NCBI GenBank assembly: GCA_054600435.1
Contig: BAAIJX010000017.1
Location: 248,001 to 312,000 of the forward strand
DNA from: Neophaeotheca triangularis
Taxonomy: Eukaryota
Reading direction: 5' to 3'
DNA length: 64,000 nt
Part shown: piece after piece, positions 39,882 through 50,078 of the stretch
Numbering within the stretch: the first letter of the stretch is position 1
How the letters are laid out: each line of letters opens with the position of its first letter
Made by a program: the position numbers and the translations under genes
Notes under the pieces: model-generated
What the model was told of the DNA's origin: nothing
The model's database searches: none
Seen by the model: the letters and a program-made list of their open reading frames with translations, nothing else

Positions 39882-40237
39882 TGTCGTGGTGACTCCTATA
39901 CTACATTTATAGGCAGGCTAGTTTTGCGGTATTTGCTTTATCATTACCCCCTTCACATACTTATACCTCCCCCTATACTAGTACTTATATCTTAGACACC
40001 TACTAACCTAGATAGACACGGAATGAATTGCGACTACTTGAATTGGCCTTTATACACTATAACTAACCTAATTGATTTCTAACCCCCGACGCATTGTTCG
40101 TAACCGTTACGAACAATCCCTGATTCTCGACTATACCTGATTCCTAATACTACTACATTGTTTATAACCGTTATGAACAATACCTCTCCGAGCAAAAACT
40201 AGTCTCCCGGCTTATCGAGTGTTTACGCCGCACGACA
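39882..40237 (+). repeat. 3' LTR of element B
   Basis: TG...CA termini intact, followed by the TSD CTAC. Confidence 0.95.
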
Positions 40238-40241
40238 CTAC

Positions 40242-40546
40242 CTATATATTAGGTGTATAACGTCTTCTATATGTCCTTACTAGAACCCTACTACTACTAG
40301 AAAGGTTAACCTTTAGATAATATAGCTAAGCTAGAGGTCCTTCTAGACGGTAACGAGGTATAGGAGGTAGAAAGTATCTAAAAGAAGAAGAAGGTTAAGG
40401 GAGACACCTTATACCTAGTTAAATAGAAAGGTTATAATACTAGTTAGAACTAGTAGGTCCCTAAAGAAGACTTCGAGAACATACGGGAGTCAATTAATAA
40501 GTTTAAGGCGCGAAACAAGCGCGGGAAACGTACGAAGAAGACATAA
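40242..40546 (+). pseudogene. Element A pol C-terminus with chromodomain
   Basis: Removing element B plus one CTAC copy rejoins AYR...|...VHNVFHVSLLEPY (corrected) in frame. It is followed by (W)EVESI.KKKKVKGDTLYLVK(W)KGY...(W)VPKEDF. Confidence 0.85.
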
Positions 40547-40816
40547 TTAGATGTAGAGCTATATAGGCTCGAGATTAACCCCGAAGGGAAAATATCTACT
40601 AGTAGAGGCCCTAAAGGGTAACGCCTAAAGGACTCTACAAAAAGCTAAAAAATAACGTAAACTCTAAACCTATAAAGACCCTAGAGGGTAATAACCCTAG
40701 AGGGAAGAGAGTACCTAGAACTACACTATAGAAACGAGAGCAATATACGATTAACGTACGCTTATCCTATAGCTAGAGGCTAGAACGCCGGTGCTACACA
40801 TGACTACCTAGGTATC

Positions 40817-41579
40817 GCCTAGAGCCTCGGAGGGCTCGGAGACGATAGTATTAGCGTCGCTATCATCGCTACTACCCTTAGAGTTAGAGTCTAAAGACTC
40901 CTCCTCGTTAGGCGTAAGCCCGCGGCCCTATAAATTAGTTAGTGAAAAGCGTAAGAGTAAGGTACGATAAAGGGGTAAATATACGATACGACGCTACGTC
41001 TTCGCTATACCCTTAAGATGCTTCTCCTATTTCTCCTAGGAGGATAGGATTAGACTAAGGAAGTCCTACGTACTAGTAAGGACCTTAGTAGGAACCCTAG
41101 TAGCGCGACCGCGACGCCCGGCGACACGCTTACGAGCGAGGTACGAGTAATATATAGTACGCTAGGTACGTGTAAGCTTTACACCGACACGACGAACTAC
41201 CGGTACCTTAGAAGTAGTCCTACTACCCCTATTGTTATTAAGGGCAGTAATATACTCCCTATAGAGCTAGTATAGATGCTTAGCGCGCCCCTAAAACTCG
41301 TAAGGAAGCTATAAATCGTAGTTAGCTTATAGCTTATCGAATTGTAACCTAAAAACTTATAAGGTAATAGTTAGCCCTATAGCCCTTATTACACTTCTAG
41401 TACGCCTTTTCACTAATGTCGTAGATAGGGCCGTTCTTCGTAATGTTAGTAAAGTAGCGCGTATAGGTAGGAACGCGAGACGCGTTCGTATTAGCTACGA
41501 GTATAGTACGGCTAAACTTGTACTCGGTAACGCCGCGCGCGGACTTAGTAATATACTTAGGGAGTACGTAGTTAGGCAT
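40817..41579 (-). pseudogene. Element A antisense intron-containing gene with Cys6 zinc-finger-like motif
   Basis: ATG 41579. Corrected PTCTRCF...PICDISEKACQKCNKGHRANCCL, then an intron 41360-41309 (RIP-mutated GTAAGT, GCTAAC, TAG). Probable second intron 40984-40928. Acidic tail. Confidence 0.6.
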
Positions 41580-42029
41580 AATAGTAGTAAGAGTCGTTAG
41601 TAGTTATAGTGCGTGTAATATACGTATAGTAGATAAAGAAGGGGTAGAGCGCGTAGATATTAGTAAAGGTATTAAGAGGGTGTTATTATTATAAAGGAGG
41701 TAAAGAGTTAAGGGTAAGAAAGTCGAGGGAGTAGACCTTAAAGGGGGCGTAGCCTTTATTGCCCTTAGTAACAAGCTCGCCTTTATTATCTAATATAGAA
41801 AGCATAAGGCCTAGACGCGCGCTTTATTAACGCTCTATATACGGGCGTCATATAATAAAGTAGAGTTACGTAGAAGCTTCTTGTTACCTACCTAACTTAA
41901 GGAAAATAAAGGAATATGCTAGAACTAGCGTAATAAGGATACTCTTTCCTAGGTATTTCCTAAAGGGTTTACTAGGTTTTATCGAGGCCTTATATTACTA
42001 CTAGGGACATTAGCGTAGGGGGGAGCGAA

Positions 42030-42245
42030 TATAAGAGGGAGAATTCCCTTTACATGATGTATAAGCTATACGTAATCTATACGAGCTACGCTTAGTACCT
42101 ATAGCTAAATATTAGCTAAGTTAGGTACCTATATATAAGTTCCTTAAGAAATATTATATATACATTGTAGTAGACACATTTCTATCTCACGCTATTAATA
42201 AGTGTTATACTATACATATTCTACATTAGACAATACACCCTTATA
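42030..42245 (+). repeat. 3' LTR of element A
   Basis: Direct repeat of 15444-15659, followed by the TSD GTTAG. Confidence 0.95.
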
Positions 42246-43148
42246 GTTAGGCCCTAATACCCTTAACCGTTTCCTCTCTCTTATAAGGCTAATAGCTACT
42301 CTCTTACGTATACTAGCTATCTAACTACTACTATAGCTTCCTTTAGAGAGCGCTAGTAAGCTCCGAGTCCCTTCGCTACTACTGTCTTTAGTAGAAGGTT
42401 TAACCCCTTAACCGTCCTCGCTATAGGCTACCCTTTACTAACTATGTTCGATTGTAGTAGATAGACCTATAGTAAACCGCCCTTCCGCCGTAGTACCTTC
42501 GAATAACGTACCGAGCTCGTTCTTAAAGGCTAATGGTTTTACGGCAAACTTACGAGCCTTTAGATAAGCTCTAAAGTATACATTCATAACCTCTACGTCC
42601 GTACGTATATAGCTAGTAACCGGATCGCGGCTCTAACTAGAAAGAGAGTTTAACTCCGACTATAACCGCTAATCTTCCTTTATATTACCGGCCTTGTTTT
42701 TCACCTTAGTTATCCCTATAGCCGGTTTTATAGATAGTAGAGTAGCTACTATTATGGCCTCTAGAGCTTTGTTCTATGTAGCTACCTTAAAACTACCGTC
42801 TACGCCGTTACCTTCGTTAGTAGATATTAGGAGGGAGTCGATTAACGTAAGGGCTATATCGTCGTTCTATTATAGTGTCTATAAGGCTCTACTAACCGAC
42901 ACTAAGCTTGCTCTTAAATTAGACACTACTAAGCTTAGATTACGACTCCGAGAAGGTGTTAGAGGCTAAATTAACGAGCTAAAGGTACTCGTAGGCGTCT
43001 AATAAGACGAAGGAGGTGTATTACGGAGCTAACTTATAGGAGTCTCTAGCTTACGGAATAGGAACTAAGATGCCTCTAGAAGCTCTAAAGGACTACTAAC
43101 AGTCTGCTTATTGACTCTAGTAAGTCTAGGATCGATATTAGGGTCTAT
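42246..43148 (-). pseudogene. Harbinger Myb/SANT-like DNA-binding protein, 5' part (split by element A)
   Basis: RIP-corrected translation WNDDMALTLIDSLL...DGSFKVATWNKA...KVKNK...KEDWRLW..LNSLSGWSRDPVTG...HPKARKF.VKPLAF.NEL..LFEGTTAEG, typical of the PIF/Harbinger Myb/SANT-like protein. Confidence 0.8.
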
Positions 43149-43856
43149 AGCGGTCTATAGACTACTATAGAGACATATAGTATAAGGGCATAAAGTCTAG
43201 TTATATAGGTTATGTGATTACGCTAACTATACTACTAGTTATACCTTGTAGATGTGCTACATCTGCTCTTTTTACAACAATCGAACGATCCGCCATTTTC
43301 ACATCCGGCTCCTACTGCTAGACCTACTACTACATCCATGCTAAGAGCACTACATCCGTAGATGTGAAACTGGACAAACGAACGCGCCCTAAAAGTGTCA
43401 CATTGTCACATTGTCATGCATATGTGTCGTTGCAATAGTTGATCCGACGAAACTCATCACTTCGATCGTCGGCTCGACGAAATGGTGTTTGGAACTAGAA
43501 GTGGTATTAGTCAATTGATGGCTGCATATATGTGTTGCCAACGCGTTTTGTTACCGTGATCTTGACTGCGAGAGATAAAATCCACGATCACATGTGTGAC
43601 TGTTAAAAGCCCAAAAACAGCCTTCGATTAGCGCCGTCCGGAGGCCATCCAATCAGCGATCGCCAGTACTCTCGTCAAGCAAAACTGGCCCAAGCTCCCA
43701 GAAGTCGGACTTTACACGCATCTCCTCCGTCCGCGTTTGCGCAGGTCAAAACAAAATACCTGCCACTCAACTTCCCATCCGGGTAACAAACACTTCTCTC
43801 TCACTCACTGTAGTTCTCTTTCGTTCCCTTTATCGGTGAGCACAGAAGGGGCCATC

Positions 43857-46800
43857 ATGTCCTCACTGTTCGGCGGCGGGGCCGGCAACACCAACAACCA
43901 TAACGCAAGCGGCGGTGGAAGCAGTTTGTTCGGCGGAGGAAACGCTGCGCCGGCTTCGTCAGGAGGGGGAGCGGGTTCGCTTTTCGGTGGCGCGGCGCAG
44001 AAACCTGCGAGTGGTGGGGGTTTGTTCGGAGGCGGTGGAAGCGGCGCGACCGGCGGCGGTGCGCAGGGTGGTGCCTCGTCGCTGTTTGGGGGTGCTGCTG
44101 CGGGTGGACAACAGAACAATACTACTCAGGGTGGTACGGGCAGTGGGCTGTTCGGTGGTGGTGGAGCGGGCGCGCAAAACAGCAATACTCAGGTGGGCTC
44201 TTCGGGGAGTAGTTTGTTTGGTGGTGGAGGTGCGGGCGCGCAAAACAACAATGCCCAAGGAGGCTCGGGAAGCAGTTTGTTTGGTGGAGGTCTAGGTGCG
44301 CAGAAAGACACGGCACAAGGCGATCAGGGCGGCAACGCGTCAAAGGGAGGTTTTGGGGCCAGCTTAGGTGGACCTGCGACGGGTGGGCAGAACACTACTA
44401 ATACGCAGCAAGCTGGTGGAAGCAGCTTGTTTGGCGGAGCGGCAAACAACAACACTCAGCAAGCTGGCCAAGACAACAAATTCCTCAACAAGGATTCAGG
44501 GCCCAACAATAGCTTATTTGGTAGCTCCCTCCTCGCGAGTAGCAAACCTGAGAACGCACCTCAGAACCCGAATGGACCATCCCCGCAACCGGCGTACTTC
44601 GATCACCTCCTCGAACGCGGCAAGAAGCGACAGAATGAAGAGCGTAATGGGGCTTTTGGCGAGCTGCCTCAATTGCAACTGGGACTTGCGGACATCTCGC
44701 GCAAAGTCAGGAATCTGGGTCAAGGCGGCCCCACGGCTGGGTTGGCAAGAGCTGGAGACGCAAAGGCACACTATTTACTTTCCGCTTCTGGCGTCAATAC
44801 AAGCCACGCGCTCAAGGACCTCGAGGATCTGGCTGGACAGGGCATAAGCGGTGCTTCTGCTGCTCAATCGAGATTCGAGACTGCTGATGATGTGTACCAA
44901 TCTTCTGTCAAAGACTTTTTGGCCAAGCGGTACCAGGATCAATTCCAGGCGTCTATCGACAGGACTATTCAAAAGTCCAAGGATGATTTCAATCGCATGG
45001 TCGAGGATGCGATGCCTGGGTATGATAGGGATGCACAGATGCAGCGTATCTACGAGCACTTTGGGCTCAAGAAGCCGCGCGAGGACGCTGGGCTTGATCA
45101 AAGTGCAGCTGGCACGGGCTCGATGCGCGAGACCGGCGGTTTCGGGCGCACTGCCAAGCGTAGCAGGGCCCATGGCGCGTCGAGCATCGGCAGGTCTTTG
45201 GGCCCGAGCAACATGACGAGATCCGTCATTGGTGTACCTGGGCCAAAGGGCGCGAGAATGAGCGCTTTCGGCGACGTGGCAGACAAGGTTCCTATGGATG
45301 GCGTTAAGACCGCACCCGAGGATCGTTTGATGCGTACGAAGCAAGACAAGTACAGCGACCGTGTTAGAGAGCTCAACGTGGCCAGGATGCAAGAAAAGGT
45401 TTGCCCCGTGCTTCTCAACTTCTCGCAAGTGGAAGCTCAGCCTTCCAACGAGGACACCTCCATGCTGGTCAACGCGTACAAGGCCATCAAGCAGATCACT
45501 GGTGAAGATGAGTCCAAAGACAGCCTGGCGGATCCTGGTGCCATCAAGGAGCGTCAATACGCGTCCGATTACCTTGACGAAAGCAATGCCGCCGAAGGCC
45601 AACGCAGGATACGCAAGCGAATTATCGATGGTTCTCGCACATTCTTGGAGAAGCTCTACTTCGAACAGCTCGAGGCCACGGTTAGCAGGAACCCTCGTGA
45701 AGCTAATGTTGGCGGTGTTCCAACAGCATTGGCCAAGGTGCGAGGCTACGTGAGAGTAAGAGCAGCGCGCAAGGAACTCGTACCGTCCGGTGACCTCGAT
45801 GTTCTTCAACAAGTCAGCCAGGACTACTGCTGGGCCGTTATCTTTTACCTGCTGCGCTGCGGCTTGATGCAAGAAGCGCTCGAGTATGTCGAAGCGAACG
45901 CCCAAGCTTTCAGGCAAATCGACCGCTCCTTCACACGCTACTTGCAGACCTACGCCAGTAGCCCTGATCGCAAGCTGCCGAATGAGCTGAGCAGGAGCAT
46001 CAACAACGAGTATTCCCAACGTCAGCGTCTTGCGCCCGAAGACTCGATCGATCCGTACCGCATGATGTGTTACAAGATCATCGGCCGCTGCGATCTCCCG
46101 AGACGCGGTCTCGAGGGCCTTCACACCGACATGATGGACTGGATTTGGCTGCAATTTACTTTGGCAAGGGAGTCCAACAAGGCCGACGATATGGCGCACG
46201 AAGCCTTCGGTCTCGAGGAGATCAAACAGACTGTCCGGGAGATTGGTGAACGCTACTTTGGACCCGGTTCCGAGATCCCCAACGCCCCAACTACGTACTT
46301 CTTCATGCAGATATTGGCTGGACTGTTCGAAAAGGCTGTCGCGGATCTGTACGCCACCAACTACGTTTCGGCCGCTCACTTCGCAATTGCGCTTTCCTAC
46401 TATGGCCTCCTACGCGTGAGCCACAGCGACAACAGCGACGATCTCATGTCGTACACCACCCGACAGCAGCCGCAGATTGCTTTCGCCAACGTGCTCGGCC
46501 TCTACACGCGCGACTTCCGCACCTCGAACCCGACGACTGCTGTGGATTACCTGGCGCTCATCTGCTTGAACAAAGATCTACCAGGCGAGCTGGGCAAGAA
46601 CCAACGTCAGCTCTGCCATCAAGCCCTGCAAGAGCTTGTGCTGGAAACGCGCGAGTTTGCTCAACTCCTCGGCGACATCCGTGGCGACGGCCAGCGCATC
46701 AAGGGCGCGGTCGAAAACCGTCTCAAGCTCATCGGCCTGGAGAACGAGCAAGAATTCCTTAAGATCATCACCCTTTCCGCGGCGAGAACAGCCGAAGACC

Positions 46801-47559
46801 AGAACCGCACCACGGATGCCGCTCTGCTGTTCCACTTGGCAGAAGACTACGACAAAGTCATCCAAGTCATCAACGAAGCCGTCTCGCTCGCCCTCAACCT
46901 CGACATCGGCGAGCAGCCCATGCGCATCGAGCCCCTCAAACCCCGCTCCGACGCGCAGCAGCAGACTCAAAACCAACCTGAAGGCAGCCTCAGCATGACC
47001 GCCGTCGACGACCCAATCGACTTGGCCCGCAAGATGCGTGCCGTCTACGAAGGCAACAACATGTACTACAGCAAAATCGCTCAGCGCAACATGAGCGCCT
47101 GCACCATCCTGCTGCAACTCGCATCCGCGCGCCAAGCGCTGGAGAACCAACACTGGGCCTCCGCGCTCGAAGTAAGTATACCCACAAACCCCTGCATCGA
47201 AAAGCTCCCTTCCCACTCACAAAGACACCCAGCACATCGCGCACAGCAAAATCCTCCCCTTGCAAGCTTCAGGCTCCGTCTCGCAAATCCGTCAACAAGC
47301 CCAAGCTTTCGACAACATGCCCACGCCAGTGTCGCGCGTCGTCGGGCAGGTGATGCTCTGGTCGGTCATAGCGGCTGCCCAGAACGTCGAAGTCTTGTCC
47401 TCGCAGCAGTTTGAGACGGGCCAGAGGCAGAGGACTATCGAGCAGAACGTACAGGCTGCGAGGGATGTTATGGTCTTTGCGGGCTTGATACGGTATAAGT
47501 TGCCCGGTAGGGTTTGGGAGAGGATTGCTAGGGCTGGGGAGGGGGTTGGGGGTGTTTGA
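43857..47559 (+). CDS. NIC96: Nucleoporin Nic96/Nup93
   Basis: N-terminal SLFGG repeats. GELPQLQLGLADI, KAHYLLSASG, WAVIFYLLRCG, DPYRMMCYKIIGRCD, DWIWLQF, ETREFAQLLGDI. Intron 47172-47232; the last exon ends FAGLIRYKLPGRV...TGA. Confidence 0.95.
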
Positions 47560-47567
47560 ATGATAGC

Positions 47568-47569
<2 letters not shown>

Positions 47570-47598
<29 letters not shown>
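47570..47598. repeat. (GA)n microsatellite
   Basis: Pure GA run just after the NIC96 stop. Confidence 0.9.
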
Positions 47599-47600
<2 letters not shown>

Positions 47601-48192
47601 GTGATGTGGTTCGTAGCGAGAGTTTGAGGGATTCAAGGATCGCGTGGCATGAGTACGGACTGTTTCTACTAAAGCGAAGAGCGTCGGGGGAGGCAAGCCT
47701 AGGGCCTGGCTGGGCGTAGCGTCGTTTGGCGGACTATTTATTGTAACAAAAAGCTCATACGTCGCTGTCCAGTGGCGCTGCAGTCGTGGGAGAAGAAAGA
47801 AATGCTACTGCAGATCTGCGATTGACGCAAACAATCAATCCTCCTATCTTGAAACAGAACGGCTCATGGTAGCAAGGATACCAACGTCAGGCACGAATAA
47901 AGGTTGAGCGTTGTCCAGCCTTGGGCAAACTTCTATAGTAGCATGATTGTGATCAACAACAAAAGCTGTTTGACACAACATGAGTACCAAACTTCTACCA
48001 ACCTGCCTACCGCAAACAGACAATTGAACCACCAACACAAAACCCAACTTCTTGCAAGCCAGCAGTCTCTGATATTCTCCAATCCCGACCACACTCGCAA
48101 CACGTCTAACCGGTGCTGATCCCCAGTAGCCTCCTCCGGTCCAATCCACCCCTGAACCCCACCCCTCTCACATTCAAAGAGAAACAACAACA

Positions 48193-48849
48193 ATGGCAGC
48201 CTGGTACCACCCAGACCCCTTCACCGAAACCCACCAAGCCAACGCCTACAACGGCATTCGCGCCCCAGAGCACGGCTTCGCACGCACGCAGCCGCGCGAA
48301 GAACCGTTCAAAACCCCGCACCGCCACGGCGGCTGGCAGCAAGGCGGGCGCAAACTCCCCAACCAGCGGAGCAAGAAATACTGGGCGCGGCCGCTCGACG
48401 GCAAACGCCGCGGGTACCTGGGCCGTCTGGCGGACGGGCTCACGAACCAGGGCGCCGACGTCTTCGTCGTGAGCAATGTCGACAGGCGCACGTTTCATCG
48501 CGATTTGCCCCACCGCGCCTACTGGAGCAATTGGACTGAGAGGGATCCGCGCTTCGATCCGAATTGGGGTTATGTTTTTGAGGACCCGGATTGGTATGGC
48601 AATGTCGGGTTGAAGACGACCGGGTTCGCGGATCGGTATCGGCAGGGGAAGCTTTATAACTTTCGCACGCGCAAGTATGAGCAGTTGACCAAGGGGAACT
48701 TTGCTGGGTTTTGGAGCGATGCTTGGTATGCGGATAATTGTAATAGGGGTGATGGCCAGATGCCGATGTGTTGGCGGGATGCTTGGGGGAATTGGGTTTC
48801 GAGGGTGCCGAATAGTGCTGGGTTGTTTGCGGGTGGGAGGCCGGTGTAG
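48193..48849 (+). CDS. Hypothetical Trp/Tyr/Arg-rich protein, 218 aa
   Basis: Uninterrupted ORF with a good start context (ACAATGG) and C/G-ending codon bias. No recognised domain. Confidence 0.65.
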   Translation: MAAWYHPDPFTETHQANAYNGIRAPEHGFARTQPREEPFKTPHRHGGWQQGGRKLPNQRSKKYWARPLDGKRRGYLGRLADGLTNQGADVFVVSNVDRRTFHRDLPHRAYWSNWTERDPRFDPNWGYVFEDPDWYGNVGLKTTGFADRYRQGKLYNFRTRKYEQLTKGNFAGFWSDAWYADNCNRGDGQMPMCWRDAWGNWVSRVPNSAGLFAGGRPV

Positions 48850-48949
48850 ACTTGAAGGGGATTGTAGTTGCGTTGAATTGGTTGGCATCGTTGGCTTTTC
48901 GGTAGCCTTGCAATTTCCTCGAGGTTTCGCCTCAATCTAGACATTTTCA

Positions 48950-49294
48950 TCAATCTTCCCCAGCCCTTGCCAGTGCTTCCCCGGTCCTCTCGCTCTGCCA
49001 TTCCTCCCTCAACCCTTTGACACCTTGCGAAGAGGCCACCGCGGCTTTCTTTACTTCCGCAAACATTTGTGCTTTGGAATCGCTAGGTCGCAGAAGCGGG
49101 GAAACCATGGCAGGCAAAGCAGAGCGGAGGCTTGAGATCTGTTTCTGCAAGTCTGAAAGATGGGTGAGAGCTGCCTCGTAATCCTGAGGTGTCCAGGGCT
49201 CTTGCGATCTAGAGTTTGGGGAGGCTTGTTGCTGTGAGTCTGTAGCGGTGGTGGTCGGGGCGTTGTTGTTGTTGTCCTTATTCGGGGTCGACAT
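48950..49294 (-). CDS. Small helical hypothetical protein (114 aa), possibly Mediator-subunit-like
   Basis: ORF with amphipathic helices YEAALTHLSDLQKQISSLRSALPAMVSPLL...MFAEVKKAA. The family assignment is tentative. Confidence 0.55.
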   Translation of the reverse strand: MSTPNKDNNNNAPTTTATDSQQQASPNSRSQEPWTPQDYEAALTHLSDLQKQISSLRSALPAMVSPLLRPSDSKAQMFAEVKKAAVASSQGVKGLREEWQSERTGEALARAGED

Positions 49295-50078
49295 GGCGCA
49301 AGGGACGAGGTGGTGGCGATTATTTTAGACAATACTGACCTATTTCACAAGGCCAGCAGGGTTCGAAAATCAATGACGATTTCCAGCGAAGGATTTCGAC
49401 TGCGACTCTCACGAGTACTGTATGATATCTACCACGTAAGGATTGGGAAATCGTCGTTTGTAACGGACTACGAACCTACATAAGCTTAAGGTACACGAAG
49501 TGAGGTCGAAATAGACTCTAAGCCTCTTCAGGACTAGCTCACTGTTCAGGCTGAGGTCGAACACATTCATGGATGGCCATGCATTTCAAGGAGCTGTGTT
49601 CCAACCACAAGAAAAATGCCTACCTATCTATATTTACGAGCTCATTGCTGCAATAACAAGAGGCGAAGGAGCAAGACAAGTGGTTCCAAGTTATATCTGC
49701 TCTCCAGCTTCTACAGCCCCAATTCCCAACACTCCTCAAGACGGTCAAGTAGAAGGCTTGCGACCAGCCATTGTCCCCTCTGGTAGCCTTGAACTGATAC
49801 TAGCGATACCAAGCAAGCAAGTTTACAATGGCTAGGATATACAACTACGCCAGCGTCGTCAATCCGAACACTCCAAGCGGCCCAGATCCGCCACCACTTT
49901 GCATCTTTTCATGCTCTGACAGACCCAGTCCATCGCGAGCGTCGCGTTGAGCAGTAACGGCTGGGAAATTAATACAATAGTAATACTACGAGGTACCGAC
50001 GCTTAACACCATCGTCGGAAGTTACGGGGGCCAGGTAGGCCCTCGAATGAAATGGAGCGAGCGAGTACTCTGCCCTCT

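Larger units (their letters stand above)
20174..40237 (+). mobile_element. Large non-chromodomain Ty3/gypsy LTR retrotransposon B (~12.3 kb without C) carrying an extra ORF
   Basis: 355/356-bp LTRs at 20174-20528 and 39882-40237 (TGTCGTGG...CACGACA). 4-bp TSD CTAC at 20170-20173 and 40238-40241. PPT AGGGAGGGA before the 3' LTR. Confidence 0.92.
15444..42245 (+). mobile_element. Ty3/gypsy chromovirus LTR retrotransposon A (RIP-inactivated; interrupted by element B)
   Basis: 216-bp LTRs at 15444-15659 and 42030-42245. 5-bp TSD GTTAG at 15439-15443 and 42246-42250. Purine-rich tract before the 3' LTR. Domain order gag-PR-RT-RH-IN-chromodomain. Confidence 0.93.
13457..43389. mobile_element. PIF/Harbinger DNA transposon (outermost element, RIP-inactivated; ~3.1 kb without nested inserts)
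   Basis: 29-bp TIRs: GGGCGCGTTCGTTTGTCTAGTTTCACATC (13457-13485) and GATGTGAAACTGGACAAACGAACGCGCCC (43361-43389), one mismatch. TAA TSD at 13454-13456 and 43390-43392. Contains transposase and Myb/SANT genes in convergent orientation. Confidence 0.93.

Noticed and set aside
17554..42969. Short ORFs listed by the ORF track inside the TE block as independent genes
   Set aside because: They are fragments of RIP-interrupted TE genes or chance antisense frames.
43396..43416. TGTCACAT tandem next to the right TIR
   Set aside because: Short tandem outside the TAA TSD with no counterpart on the left; no supportable function.
43857..44530. SLFGG repeat region as a novel repeat protein
   Set aside because: It is the FG-repeat N-terminus in frame with the Nic96 body.
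44775..46379. 534-aa antisense ORF
   Set aside because: Lies entirely opposite NIC96; a shadow ORF from GC-rich codon bias, with no recognisable motifs.
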